Positions 1-10,045 of a stretch of 50,535 bases of DNA are shown here, in pieces. Numbering within the stretch: the first letter of the stretch is position 1; each line of letters opens with the position of its first letter. The stretch is from Candidatus Latescibacterota bacterium (GTDB taxonomy: Bacteria > Latescibacterota > MWCZ01). The stretch lies in NCBI GenBank assembly GCA_029547385.1, contig JAKPPK010000170.1:1-50535 (forward strand). The letters run 5' to 3'. The position numbers were made by a program, and so were the translations under genes. The notes beneath the pieces are model-generated. The model worked only from the letters and a program-made list of their open reading frames with translations. It was not told the origin of the DNA and did not search any database.

Positions 1-732
1 CCTGCGAGCGACGGACGCTATCTGATGGGCCGCCAGACCTGGTCCGAATTGCGGCAGGAACTGGAAAATGCTCGGCGTGATTACTGCGTTTTCGCCAAAA
101 CAGGGGGCCCGTTCCTGCGCACAACGCTTCTGCGCGGGGAAAAACAGTTCCTGATGGACATCGCGACTGATGAAGTTCTTGCTCGGAACCTGGCGGAGAA
201 GGTGGGATCACACCTCTGCGATGTAGGTGTGGAAAGCATCACCAGATGGGGGCTGACGAACACGGGGATCTGGATTTACGACGACGTGGCGTTCAACGAG
301 GCTCCCCTTTTCAGTCCGTCCGCCTTTGAACGCGTTTTTCTGCCTGTGTACAGCCAGATGATTTCGCGGTACAAAGCTGCCGGCGCAAAGTACGTCTTTT
401 TCCATTCGGACGGAAACATAAACCCGTTCGTGGACATGCTTGTTGATGCGGGTATCAGCGGCCTGCATCCGTTGGAGCGACGGGCCGGCGTGGATCCTTT
501 TCTGCTCCGGGAACGCTACCCAAAACTTGTCCTGGCAGGGGGAATGTGCAATACGGATATCCTGATCAACGGGCCGGTGGATCGAATTGAGGTGGAAGCG
601 CGAAAACTGATCGAGCTTGCGCGGGACGGTGGACTGATCATCGGAACTCATTCTGTGAGCCCGGAGGTTCCTCTGGAGCATTTCCGTGCCTACGACCGTA
701 TCTGCCGGCGTTACGGAGTATTCACGGAGTGA
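1..732 (+). CDS. Uroporphyrinogen decarboxylase (URO-D)-like family protein, 5'-truncated by window edge
   Basis: Frame 1 is open from nt 1 (no stop before the ATG at 25), so the gene probably starts upstream of the window. By eye it is the C-terminal part of a URO-D/MtaA-type barrel (FFHSDGNINPFVDMLVDAGISGLHPLE, LAGGMCNTDIL, GGLIIGTHSV). It has the same architecture as the complete CDS at 31438-32601. Confidence 0.6.
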   Translation, partial: PASDGRYLMGRQTWSELRQELENARRDYCVFAKTGGPFLRTTLLRGEKQFLMDIATDEVLARNLAEKVGSHLCDVGVESITRWGLTNTGIWIYDDVAFNEAPLFSPSAFERVFLPVYSQMISRYKAAGAKYVFFHSDGNINPFVDMLVDAGISGLHPLERRAGVDPFLLRERYPKLVLAGGMCNTDILINGPVDRIEVEARKLIELARDGGLIIGTHSVSPEVPLEHFRAYDRICRRYGVFTE

Positions 733-743
733 TGGTGCATCTA

Positions 744-1367
744 TTACAAAGGGCGTTCTTTGATCACCCGCGCCGGCACGCCGCCCACAATCGCGTAAGG
801 CGGCACGTCCCTGGTGACTACACAACCGGCGGCAAGAATCGCGCCCTTCCCAACCCTCACGCCGTCCAGAACCACAACATTCGACCCCACCCAGACGTCG
901 TCTTCAAAAACCACCCCTTTGAACTCGCAAGGTTGTTCATAGATGTATTTCGCGCGGGTGGCGAATGTGTGGTTTTCCGGGATTATGAGCGAGTGAGCGC
1001 CGATACGCACGCCGCGCCCGAGAACCAGGTTATCGTACAGCATGGTGTAATCGTTGACCGAGCAGTTCGGTCCGATAATCATGTGGAAATCCTTCGGTCG
1101 AAGAACAGCCATGGGACCAATGGAACTTCCGTCGCCTATCGTGAGCCTGCTTCGGCTGCCCAGTTCAATGCGCGCGGCAGGATGAATCCGTACGTCCTTC
1201 CCGATAGTAACGCCGGGATGGTCCTCCCAGCGGTATCCGAACGGGATTTTGAACACGTCCGCCGCAAGGGACCGGAAAAAACCGGGCTCATTGCGGGCAA
1301 TCTCAGCCAGCAACGCTTTCAATTCGGCGGCGTGAGGGTTCTCAGGCACAGGCGGATCATCGGGCAT
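744..1367 (-). CDS. Hexapeptide-repeat (left-handed beta-helix) acetyl/acyltransferase
   Basis: 207-aa ORF with imperfect hexapeptide repeats, e.g. [10 protein letters not shown] and [45 protein letters not shown]. These are typical of maltose/galactoside-type O-acetyltransferases. Confidence 0.75.
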   Translation of the reverse strand: MPDDPPVPENPHAAELKALLAEIARNEPGFFRSLAADVFKIPFGYRWEDHPGVTIGKDVRIHPAARIELGSRSRLTIGDGSSIGPMAVLRPKDFHMIIGPNCSVNDYTMLYDNLVLGRGVRIGAHSLIIPENHTFATRAKYIYEQPCEFKGVVFEDDVWVGSNVVVLDGVRVGKGAILAAGCVVTRDVPPYAIVGGVPARVIKERPL

Positions 1368-1620
1368 CGGTTCAACTCCGCGTGAGAAAGTCTGGGACGA
1401 GGGTTCGCATATCGGAAATTACAGGAACGAGCCAACGCCATCGAAGCGCAACCCCCCGTGCTGACTTGTTCCCCTCCTTGACTCGCCACTCAATCGCTAT
1501 TTGCGTACATTAGGCATTATACGGAGCCACGTCAGCGACCCGTCCGCAGCTGGTGCCGGGCGGTTCGCTTGTGGATGCGCCAGCCGGAGCACGATGTTAA
1601 CGGCTCAGGGGAGGTTCTCA

Positions 1621-3057
1621 ATGAACGAAAAACCGAGTGCCGAAGTTGCCGCCGGAGTGATCGGTTCGCGCCTTGTTCAGGCGTTGGAGGAGTTTCTGGA
1701 CTCCACATCGAGGCGTGATGAACACCTCGTGAAACTGCTTACCGTCATGGCCAAACTCGCGGCATCGGCGCAGACCCCTTTGCCCGGGGGCGCGGCGCAT
1801 CTGGAAGCCGCCGATGTCTCTGGAGTCGTCGCCGCACTCGAGAAGATCGCAGAACGATCCGTCCCTGCGGGCTCGACCGCGGTGCAAGCTCCCGTTCCCG
1901 ACATTACCGCCGTCCTGGAGAAACAGAACCAGACGAATGAACTTTTGGTCCGGTTGATCACTGAACAGGCGCGGCGCGTGTCCGAAGCCGAGATGAAACA
2001 GATACCCGAGTTGAGCGATCAGGAACGGTGGGCCGACCTTCAAATCGGTTCCTTCGATGACAAAGATATCGCGTTCATGAAGGAATCAGAAGTTTTCGGT
2101 GCTCTGTCAGACGAAACGTTGAAGGTCATTCGTGCGAACGCAACGCTGGAGAAATATGAACCGGGCAAGATGATTTTCGTAATCGGGGATCCGGTCTCCC
2201 AGGTCTACATCATCAAGTCAGGAATCGTGGAAATCTGCCGCCCGACCGACGACCCGGACAAACTGAATGTCGTGGCGTATCTAACCGCGGGTGATTCCAT
2301 CGGGGAGATGTCCATTCTCATCTCCGGGGATTCCCGCAGCTCAATCGCGCGGGTGCCGCAAGGCGCGGAAGTCTTGATGATTCCGCATGACGTGTTTATG
2401 AAGCTTTTCAAGGCGTTGCCAGAGCTCGCTCTCCGCCTCGCGACAGTGTTTGCGCGCCGGCTGAAAACGTCAATCAAGAAGGAGCGCATTCAAACCCATC
2501 ACCGCGAACTTCAGGGATCGCTGGAATATTTCGATCTGGCGACCATCATCCAGACGCTGTTGTCCTCCGACGAAAGGACGGGCGTCCTTACGGTTACCGA
2601 CGAGCAGCAAGAACCTTTGGCCGACCTCTATTTCGAGGCGGGGACCATGCGGTATGCCCGTTACCGCCAGCTCCTTGGCGAAGAAGCCTTCTATCAGCTT
2701 TTCCAGACGGAGAACAAAAAAGGGAGCTTCTCGTTCAAAGAAGGCAAATTCCCGGAAGGTTTCGACCAGCGAGCGGAAGTATCGGTGCCAGGCATGTCCC
2801 TGTTGTTCGAAGCGGCGCGACTTTCGGATGAGCTCAAGCTCCTCAAGGAACAGATACCCGACCCTGACAAAGTCTTCAAACCGAAGGTTGACGCGCTGGA
2901 ATGGACCGATGACGACAACCGGACCTTGGCGAACGGTATCTGGAACATGCTGCGCAGAGGCGCGTCGGTGACGGAATTGACGGAGAATCTTCCGCGGTCG
3001 GAATACGCGATCTACGCAGTGCTCGCCGAAATGCTGAAATCCGGTCAGATTGAATAG
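1621..3057 (+). CDS. Cyclic-nucleotide-binding domain protein with C-terminal DUF4388 (PatA-N-like) domain
   Basis: ATG 1621 is preceded by GGGGAGG (1608-1614); the longer 1501 start has no support. It has a cNMP-binding barrel signature (GKMIFVIGDPVSQVYIIKSGIVEI, GDSIGEMSIL, RSSIARV). A DUF4388-like segment follows (LQGSLEYFDLATIIQTLLSSDERTGVLTV). Confidence 0.7.
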   Translation: MNEKPSAEVAAGVIGSRLVQALEEFLDSTSRRDEHLVKLLTVMAKLAASAQTPLPGGAAHLEAADVSGVVAALEKIAERSVPAGSTAVQAPVPDITAVLEKQNQTNELLVRLITEQARRVSEAEMKQIPELSDQERWADLQIGSFDDKDIAFMKESEVFGALSDETLKVIRANATLEKYEPGKMIFVIGDPVSQVYIIKSGIVEICRPTDDPDKLNVVAYLTAGDSIGEMSILISGDSRSSIARVPQGAEVLMIPHDVFMKLFKALPELALRLATVFARRLKTSIKKERIQTHHRELQGSLEYFDLATIIQTLLSSDERTGVLTVTDEQQEPLADLYFEAGTMRYARYRQLLGEEAFYQLFQTENKKGSFSFKEGKFPEGFDQRAEVSVPGMSLLFEAARLSDELKLLKEQIPDPDKVFKPKVDALEWTDDDNRTLANGIWNMLRRGASVTELTENLPRSEYAIYAVLAEMLKSGQIE

Positions 3058-3114
3058 GGTGAGCATCACACAGCGGCGGCAGCCGCATGCTCTCAGAGAA
3101 AAGAAGGTTGGCGC

Positions 3115-3900
3115 GTGCGAATCATCATAGAAAAGGACTATGCCGGTGTCTCGCGCCGTGCGGCCGATTTCGTTGAGGCACTGCTGCGGCGCAAGCCGAA
3201 CGCGGTCCTCGGACTGGCGACCGGCTCAACTCCTCTGGGTCTGTACCGGGAACTCATCCGACGGCACAAAGACGAGGGTCTGGATTTTTCCGGTGTGACG
3301 ACGTTCAATCTCGACGAGTATTACGGGCTCGCACCCGATCATCCCCAGAGTTACCACCATTTCATGCGCGTAAACCTGTTCGACCACATTAACGTGCCCG
3401 GCGATAACATCAACATACCTTCCGGAACCGCGAAGAACATCGCAAAATCATGCGATGATTACGAGCGAAAAATCCGGGAATTTGGTGGTATTGATCTGCA
3501 GATACTCGGCATTGGAAGTGATGGCCACATCGCCTTCAACGAACCGGGATCGAGCCTCGCCTCTCGCACACGGCCCAAAACACTTGCGCCGGAGACGATC
3601 CGCGACAACGCCCGCTTTTTTGGAGAAGGAGAAGAGGTACCGAAATTCGCCATCACGATGGGTGTCGGCACCATACTCGAGTCCGCCGCCTGCCTGCTCC
3701 TTGCAACCGGCAAGGGCAAGGCCCGAATACTGGCGGAAGCAGTGGAAGGCCCTGTGACCTCGCAGGTTACCGCGAGCGCATTGCAGCTTCATCCGCACGC
3801 AATCGTCATCGCGGATGACGAAGCGGCCAGTTGCCTCAAGCGCAGGGCATATTACGAGCATGTAGAGCGGGTTTCAAGCGGATTCGGGGGGGAAAGCTGA
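3115..3900 (+). CDS. nagB: Glucosamine-6-phosphate deaminase
   Basis: GTG 3115 lies downstream of AAGAAGG. The 261-aa product carries LGLATGSTPLGLY, FNLDEYYGL and GIGSDGHIAFNEPGSS, motifs characteristic of NagB-type deaminase/isomerases. Confidence 0.85.
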   Translation: MRIIIEKDYAGVSRRAADFVEALLRRKPNAVLGLATGSTPLGLYRELIRRHKDEGLDFSGVTTFNLDEYYGLAPDHPQSYHHFMRVNLFDHINVPGDNINIPSGTAKNIAKSCDDYERKIREFGGIDLQILGIGSDGHIAFNEPGSSLASRTRPKTLAPETIRDNARFFGEGEEVPKFAITMGVGTILESAACLLLATGKGKARILAEAVEGPVTSQVTASALQLHPHAIVIADDEAASCLKRRAYYEHVERVSSGFGGES

Positions 3901-4423
3901 TACTCGTCCGTGGAGCCGCTGACGTTTCCGGGTTATCCTTCGCGTGATGAAGCGGCGTGTTCCGCCGGTTCCCACGTGGCAATTACCGGCGTTTGGAGCG
4001 AATTAGAGCGCCGCGGCCGCTTTCGGCGGGAGCGGCTGTTGTGAAGAATCACCCCTGCTTTTTTTGAACGAAATCTCCCGCCCGCATTTCGCCCTGGTTT
4101 CCACCCGAATTGACAGTGCGGATTTCCCGCTCAACAAAGTGAGACGAGCGTAGACACCCGGTTGGAGTCTTTTCGGATCGGGAGTTCGCGTTCTGCGATG
4201 TCCATTTTACGCCGGGCGGCTTCGATGTGATGGCCGCTGCTCGCCAGGTGGGTCCTCTGAGCACACTGATCCCGTTCGCCGGCAACTACGCCTGATTCCA
4301 CGTGCAGTTGGCGTGTTCCGGCCCTCGGCGGTACATTTTGTTTAACCCTCCCGAGTGTTCATGGGTATCTAACGTTTCACGTTGCAGTCCGTGACTCCTG
4401 TCTGGGATTCCGGGGAGGATTCC

Positions 4424-5935
4424 GTGGAATACGTGCAGTTGTTGATCGAGCAGCGCAAAGCGAAAATCGAGGCGATCCGCGCGTTGGGGGTGGATCCGTA
4501 CCCCTACCGGTTCGATCCTGCCAACACGACCAGGGAAATTGTTGCTGATCCCGAACGGTTTTCCGAACAACCGGTATCAATCGCAGGACGGCTGATGTCC
4601 ATTCGGGGAAAGGGGAAAACGGCGTTCGCGCATATTCAGGATGCCGAGGGAAGGATACAGATCTACGTGCGCAGAGATGCCGTAGGGGAAACCCCGTATT
4701 CGATCTGGAACCTGCTGGACATCGGTGACATCATCGGGGTAAAGGGGCCGGTTTTTGTTACCCATACGGGCGAAACCACCGTCCAGGTGACCGAGTTCGT
4801 TGTCCTCTGCAAAAGCATTCGTCCGCTTCCCGTGGTGAAGGAACAAATGGTTGAGGGGGAGCGGCGGGTGTATGATGACATTCGTTCGAATGTCGAACTC
4901 CGCTATCGTCACCGCTCCATCGACCTGATTATCAACCCCGAAGTGCGCGAAGTGTTCCGCAAAAGGTCGCAGATCCTGCAGAGCGTAAGGCGCGTTCTCG
5001 AGGATCGCGGTTTTATCGAGGTCGAAACCCCTGCGCTCCAGCGGGTGTACGGTGGGGCGAACGCACGGCCGTTCAAAACGCATCACAACGCTCTGGACAT
5101 AGACCTCTATCTCAAAATCAGCCCTGAGCTCTACCTTAAGCGATTGGTCGTAGGCGGCTTGGAACGCGTGTACGACTTGTCGAAGAACTTCCGCAACGAA
5201 GGAATCGACCGCACGCACAACCCTGAGTTCACCATGCTTGAGGCGTACCAGGCATACGCGGATTTCAACGACATGATGGCTCTCACGGAAGCCGTGTACG
5301 TGGAATCGTGCCTCAAAGTGAACGGAACAACAACAATCTCCCTTCAGGGACGCGAGATCAATCTCGAACCTCCGTGGGAACGGGTCGAGATGGTCGAGGC
5401 TATCGGAAAACATGCCGGCATTTCAGTTGAAAACCTATCGGATGAGGAACTGCTCAGCATGGTCCGAGTTCACGATCCGGATGCGCCGGCCGTTCTTTCG
5501 CGGGGTATGCTGATCGCTGACCTGTTCGAATACCGAGTGGAAAAAGAACTTACCGGCCCTGTTTTCGTGACAAACCATCCGGAGGAGACTTCGCCGTTGT
5601 GCAAAGCCTCCCGAACGAGGCCGGGGTTCATTGAACGATTTGAGCCGTACATACTGGGGTACGAAATCGGGAACGCGTACTCCGAGATGAACGACCCCGT
5701 TCGTCAACGGCAGCTTCTTGAGGCACAGGCGGCGCACCGCGAAGTGGACGGCGAGGTACCCCCTGTCGACGAGGATTTCCTCCGCGCAATGGAGATCGGG
5801 ATGCCTCCGACCGGAGGGTTGGGCATAGGCATAGACCGAATGGTCATGGTGCTCACCGACCAGGCGTCAATCCGCGACGTCATCGCGTTCCCCACGTTGC
5901 GCCCTGCGGACGCCAGAGATGCCGACACACCCTGA
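4424..5935 (+). CDS. lysS: Lysine--tRNA ligase (class II)
   Basis: OB-fold anticodon-binding region (VSIAGRLMSIRGKGKTAFAHIQDAEGRIQIY) and class II catalytic segments (FRNEGIDRTHNPEFTMLEAY, GGLGIGIDRMVMVL). GTG 4424, with GGGGAGG 5 nt upstream, is preferred over the TTG at 4382. Confidence 0.9.
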   Translation: MEYVQLLIEQRKAKIEAIRALGVDPYPYRFDPANTTREIVADPERFSEQPVSIAGRLMSIRGKGKTAFAHIQDAEGRIQIYVRRDAVGETPYSIWNLLDIGDIIGVKGPVFVTHTGETTVQVTEFVVLCKSIRPLPVVKEQMVEGERRVYDDIRSNVELRYRHRSIDLIINPEVREVFRKRSQILQSVRRVLEDRGFIEVETPALQRVYGGANARPFKTHHNALDIDLYLKISPELYLKRLVVGGLERVYDLSKNFRNEGIDRTHNPEFTMLEAYQAYADFNDMMALTEAVYVESCLKVNGTTTISLQGREINLEPPWERVEMVEAIGKHAGISVENLSDEELLSMVRVHDPDAPAVLSRGMLIADLFEYRVEKELTGPVFVTNHPEETSPLCKASRTRPGFIERFEPYILGYEIGNAYSEMNDPVRQRQLLEAQAAHREVDGEVPPVDEDFLRAMEIGMPPTGGLGIGIDRMVMVLTDQASIRDVIAFPTLRPADARDADTP

Positions 5936-5954
5936 CGCAGAAACGGAGCGACCA

Positions 5955-7487
5955 ATGGTGAAAACACCGGAAGCAGCGTATGAGGAACTCGTCCAGCGGG
6001 TGAAGAACATCGCTCTGCTGGGGAATACGGCAAGCGTTTTGCACTGGGATATGGAAACGTACATGCCCTCGGCAGGGGCGGAATACCGTTCGCAGCAGCT
6101 ATCCTTGCTCTCGGGAATGCTGCATGAGCAATTCACGGCGCCGGAAATCGGTGATCTGCTCACATGTGTCGAACAGAGTGATCTCGTGAAGGACCCCTTG
6201 TCCGATTACGCGGTTAACGTAAGGGAAATCCGTCGCGAATATGACCGTGAAGTGAAGGTGCCCAAAAGCCTTGTGGAAGAACTTGCACGGGTAACCTCGC
6301 TCGCGCACGTGGTATGGCGCGAGGCGAGAAAGAAATCCGATTTCAAGGCCTTTCAACCTACGCTTGAGAATGTGGTTCGGCTGACGCTTGAAAAGGCCGA
6401 TGCCATCGCCACCGGGCCCACCAGGTACGATACTCTTCTGGATGGATACGAGCCTGGGATGACCACGGATCGCATGAAAGCAGTGTTCACTGCCTTGGGC
6501 AACGAGTTGAACCCCTTCGTCGAGGAGATCCTTTCCTCCGGAAAGGAACCCGACCGGACGATCCTCACCCGGAAATACCCGACAGACAGACAGGCGGTCC
6601 TCGGGCAGATACTGGTGGGCGCAATTGGTTTTGATCTGGCAGGAGGACGGATTGATGTGACAACCCATCCCTTCTGCGCGCAGGTCGGTCTGGGTGACGT
6701 CAGAGTCACCACGCGATATAACGAACGCGATCTGGGAGACGCCATGTTCGGGCTTCTCCACGAAGCGGGCCACGGTTTGTATGATCAGGGGACAGACCCG
6801 GCGCATTTCGGGCTTCCGCGGGGTGGCTTCGTGTCGCTCGGTATTCACGAATCGCAGTCGCGGATGTGGGAGAATTTCGTCGGAAGGAGCCGTGGTTTCT
6901 GGCATTTCGCATTGCCGATTGCGAGGAGCGTTTTCCCGGAGGCGCTTTCGGATGTGTCGCTCGATGCCTTTTACTGGGCCGTGAATGATGTCCAGCGGTC
7001 GTACATCCGGGTAGAAGCGGACGAAGCAACGTACAACCTGCACGTCCTTCTGCGTTTCGAAATCGAACAGGCCATCGTCTCAGGCGACCTCGCGGTAGCG
7101 GACATTCCCGGCGCGTGGAACGAAAAGATGCAGCAACTGCTGCACATCACCCCGCGGAATGATGCGGAGGGGTGCCTGCAGGACACGCACTGGAGCGGAG
7201 GTGGTTTCGGGTATTTCCCCACGTATACGCTGGGAAACCTTTACGCGGCGCAGTTTTTCGAGCAGGCGCGGGCGGATCTCGGTGATCTCGACACGCAATT
7301 CCGCAGGGGAGATTTCCTGCCACTGAGAGAATGGCTCAAAGAAAAGATCCACCGGCAGGGAATGCGGTATCGGGCGAATGAACTTGTCGAGAAAGTTACG
7401 GGAAAGCCGCTCAGTCATGAACCGCTGATGCGCCACCTGAAGAACAAGCTGGCTCCCCTTTACGGCGCCGCGCGGGAGACCAGATGA
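5955..7487 (+). CDS. Carboxypeptidase Taq-like metallopeptidase (M32)
   Basis: Motifs HEAGHGLY (HExxH), HESQSR, TTHPFC, DVRVTTRY, IRVEADEATY and LQDTHWSGGGFGYFPTY. ATG 5955 follows GGAG; the longer 5919 start would overlap lysS. Confidence 0.85.
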   Translation: MVKTPEAAYEELVQRVKNIALLGNTASVLHWDMETYMPSAGAEYRSQQLSLLSGMLHEQFTAPEIGDLLTCVEQSDLVKDPLSDYAVNVREIRREYDREVKVPKSLVEELARVTSLAHVVWREARKKSDFKAFQPTLENVVRLTLEKADAIATGPTRYDTLLDGYEPGMTTDRMKAVFTALGNELNPFVEEILSSGKEPDRTILTRKYPTDRQAVLGQILVGAIGFDLAGGRIDVTTHPFCAQVGLGDVRVTTRYNERDLGDAMFGLLHEAGHGLYDQGTDPAHFGLPRGGFVSLGIHESQSRMWENFVGRSRGFWHFALPIARSVFPEALSDVSLDAFYWAVNDVQRSYIRVEADEATYNLHVLLRFEIEQAIVSGDLAVADIPGAWNEKMQQLLHITPRNDAEGCLQDTHWSGGGFGYFPTYTLGNLYAAQFFEQARADLGDLDTQFRRGDFLPLREWLKEKIHRQGMRYRANELVEKVTGKPLSHEPLMRHLKNKLAPLYGAARETR

Positions 7488-8740
7488 ATTACGAGTTTTT
7501 CGTCGCCCGGCGCTACCTTCGACCAAAAAGATCGGAGCTTTTCGTAAGCCTCACGACGATGCTTACCACGCTGGGAGTCACGCTGGGCGTCGCGGCGCTC
7601 ATCATCGTCCTGTCGGGCATGAATGGTTTCGCCGGTGAGATACTTCGCCACCTGATCGGGATGAACGCACACCTCTGGGTCCAGTCGCAGACGGGGAGCC
7701 TCGCCGACAGCCGCGGAATCGAAGCAAAAATAAAGCAGATCCCCGGCGTTGTCGGAGTGTCGCCCACGATCTATGAGGAAACGCTCATTGCGAATCCCTC
7801 GGTTGCTCAGACAGGCGCCCAGATCAAGGGTGTCGACACGCTGACTATCGGCGATGTCTCGAACATCGTGCGCCTGTTCAAAGAAGATTCTGTCAACTGC
7901 ACAGGGCGCTTCTTTCTCGGTCGAGATTCAGCGAACGCAGAGCCGGGGATCGTGCTGGGCTGGCAACTCGCGGGTAAGCTCCAAGTGTTCGTCGGGGATC
8001 GGGTCTACGTGGTGATTCCCCCGAAAGGCCCGGTGAACCCGATGATGATCGTTCAACCGAGGTTCGCACCTTTTCGCGTAACCGGTGTTTTCGACTCGGG
8101 TTTCTACGAATTTGACGCAACGCTTGCGGTAATGGACATCCATGAGGCACAACGTCTGTTTGACTACGGGACTTCCGTAGGCGCTGTCGAGGTGAAGTTG
8201 CGCGATGCCTTCATGGCAGACGGAGTGGATAGCCTGGTTTCGCAGAAACTTGGCGGTTACCCCTACACTACGACGACATGGGTCGAGCTGAACGGCGGGT
8301 TGTACAAATGGCTCATGATCGAGAAATGGTTCGCATTCATCGTACTGAGCCTCATCATCCTTGTGGCTGCATTTAACATTGTTAGTACGTTGACGATGGT
8401 GGTGCGAGACAAAACGAAAGAGATCGGTATCCTGAAAGCAATGGGGACAACTGCGTCCGAGATATCGCGTATTTTTCTGGTGCAGGGACTCATTGTGGGA
8501 TTTGTTGGAAGTATTTCCGGAGGTATTCTGGGATACACGCTTTGCTGGATTCAGGACAAGTACCACGTCGTTCGTTTGCCTGCGGAGCTCTACCAGGTGA
8601 ATGCATTCCCTGTTGAAATGCGCGTTCTGGATTTCGTCGCGATTGGTTCCGCGGCGATTGTGATATGCGTGCTGTCGGCGCTTTACCCCGCGCGGCGCGC
8701 GGCCAATATGGACCCGGTGGAGGCGATTCGCAATGAGTGA
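7484..8740 (+). CDS. Lipoprotein-releasing system permease, LolC/LolE family (FtsX-like)
   Basis: ATGA overlap with the upstream stop codon. N-terminus is FVARRYLRPKR followed by a TM segment. A large extracytoplasmic loop is followed by a C-terminal FtsX-type bundle (KEIGILKAMG...). Confidence 0.85.
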   Translation: MNYEFFVARRYLRPKRSELFVSLTTMLTTLGVTLGVAALIIVLSGMNGFAGEILRHLIGMNAHLWVQSQTGSLADSRGIEAKIKQIPGVVGVSPTIYEETLIANPSVAQTGAQIKGVDTLTIGDVSNIVRLFKEDSVNCTGRFFLGRDSANAEPGIVLGWQLAGKLQVFVGDRVYVVIPPKGPVNPMMIVQPRFAPFRVTGVFDSGFYEFDATLAVMDIHEAQRLFDYGTSVGAVEVKLRDAFMADGVDSLVSQKLGGYPYTTTTWVELNGGLYKWLMIEKWFAFIVLSLIILVAAFNIVSTLTMVVRDKTKEIGILKAMGTTASEISRIFLVQGLIVGFVGSISGGILGYTLCWIQDKYHVVRLPAELYQVNAFPVEMRVLDFVAIGSAAIVICVLSALYPARRAANMDPVEAIRNE

Positions 8741-9497
8741 CGATCTGCCGGTTGCGTCCGAAGTGGCCGTCCTGGCCGAAAACCTGCACAAAAGCTATCC
8801 GACACCGGAGGGCGATTTGCCGATTCTTGTCGGTGTTGACCTGCGCGTCCGCAAAGGGGAAATCGTCGCGATCACCGGTGAATCGGGGGCAGGCAAGAGC
8901 ACATTGCTGCACCTTCTTGGCGGGCTCGACAGGCCGACTTCCGGGCAGATTATTGTTGATGGCGTACGCATCGACAATACCGACGAGGGAGCGAGATCGC
9001 GGTTCCGGAATGAACGGGTCGGCTTCGTGTTCCAGTTTCATCACCTGCTGCCGGATTTCACGGCCCTGGAAAATGTGATGATGCCGTGTCTGATCGCCGG
9101 GACCGATGTTGCCGCCGCAAAGACGGTTGCCCTGGAGATGCTCACTTCAGTTGGTCTGGAGAACCGTCTGGGACACCGTCCGAATGAGCTTTCAGGGGGC
9201 GAACAGCAAAGGGTTGCGGTGGCGCGCGCGCTGGCAAACAAGCCCGCGATAGTGTTCGCGGATGAGCCATCAGGGAACCTCGACTATCGGCACAGCAGGC
9301 AGTTGAACGACCTGTTGTGGAGTCTTGCGCGCGCGAAAGAAGTTACATTCGTTATCGCCACACACGACCGCGCGCTCGCACTCAGGGCAGACCGCGAAAT
9401 CCGCCTTGAAAACGGTGTCGCGCGGGAACTGACAAAAGCCGAAACGGCGTCCTATTCTGAAGAGATCGGTAATGTTGCGTCAGCTTGTCGGGGCTGA
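8733..9497 (+). CDS. lolD: Lipoprotein-releasing system ATP-binding protein
   Basis: Walker A GESGAGKST, ABC signature LSGGEQQRVAVARAL, Walker B IVFADEPSGNLD. It overlaps the permease gene by 8 nt. Confidence 0.85.
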   Translation: MSDDLPVASEVAVLAENLHKSYPTPEGDLPILVGVDLRVRKGEIVAITGESGAGKSTLLHLLGGLDRPTSGQIIVDGVRIDNTDEGARSRFRNERVGFVFQFHHLLPDFTALENVMMPCLIAGTDVAAAKTVALEMLTSVGLENRLGHRPNELSGGEQQRVAVARALANKPAIVFADEPSGNLDYRHSRQLNDLLWSLARAKEVTFVIATHDRALALRADREIRLENGVARELTKAETASYSEEIGNVASACRG

Positions 9498-9505
9498 AAG
9501 GTTCC

Positions 9506-10045
9506 ATGGGCAAACGCGTATGTGAGCGGTGCAAAGCAGATGACGCGATTGTGCGTCTGATCTCGGTGAAAGAGAACACGGAAACGGTTGAATACCTCTG
9601 CGCGAATTGCGCCCGTGCAGAAGGAGTGGAGATTGTTGTGGGCGGCAAGGAGGCAGTTCAGGTGTCAGGCTCCGGAGAAACTGAGGAAGTAGAACAGGGT
9701 TCCCGGGAGGATTCGGTGATGTGTCCCGGTTGCCGGCTTACGTATGCGCGGTTCAAGGAGCGGTACCGACTCGGGTGCGCAGAGTGTTTCGATGCGTTCC
9801 GGCCTCTGCTTATGCCCCTTCTCAAAAAGGTCCACGGCGCGGAAAGACACCGGGGGAAACGTTTCGCCCGCCTGGCTGACGAAGACATTACCTCGGGTAC
9901 GCCGCGGGGAACGTGGATGCTTGAGCTTCTCAAAAGACGCCTGCAGGCAGCGGTTGAGAGGGAGGAATTTGAAGAAGCTGCCAGGTTGCGGGACCGGATA
10001 GAGGCGATTTCGAAGGAATCGAATGTGGAGCGAACTGCGCAATGA
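9506..10045 (+). CDS. mcsA: Protein-arginine kinase activator McsA-like (zinc-finger plus UVR motif)
   Basis: Two Cys4 clusters (CERC...CANC and CPGC...CAEC) and a UVR-type helix (EEFEEAARLRDRIEAI). ATG 9506 lies 8 nt after the lolD stop, and the stop overlaps the mcsB start (ATGA). Confidence 0.75.
   Translation: MGKRVCERCKADDAIVRLISVKENTETVEYLCANCARAEGVEIVVGGKEAVQVSGSGETEEVEQGSREDSVMCPGCRLTYARFKERYRLGCAECFDAFRPLLMPLLKKVHGAERHRGKRFARLADEDITSGTPRGTWMLELLKRRLQAAVEREEFEEAARLRDRIEAISKESNVERTAQ

Noticed and set aside
4006-4022. AATTAGAGCGCCGCGG resembles the conserved T-box sequence (AAnnnGGGUGGUACCGCG).
   Set aside because: It lacks the UGGN bulge that pairs with the tRNA acceptor end. It sits about 400 nt upstream of the lysS start, not next to a terminator or sequestrator. 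No specifier-loop or stem I features were found.
4262-4285. The in-frame reading ..PFAGNYA-stop, together with GGGCGGCTTCGATG upstream, briefly suggested a tmRNA tag and 5' end.
   Set aside because: There is no T-arm/CCA-type 3' end and no pseudoknot-sized body. Only about 140 nt remain before lysS, whereas tmRNA needs about 350 nt. The tag does not end in the usual hydrophobic LAA-type sequence.
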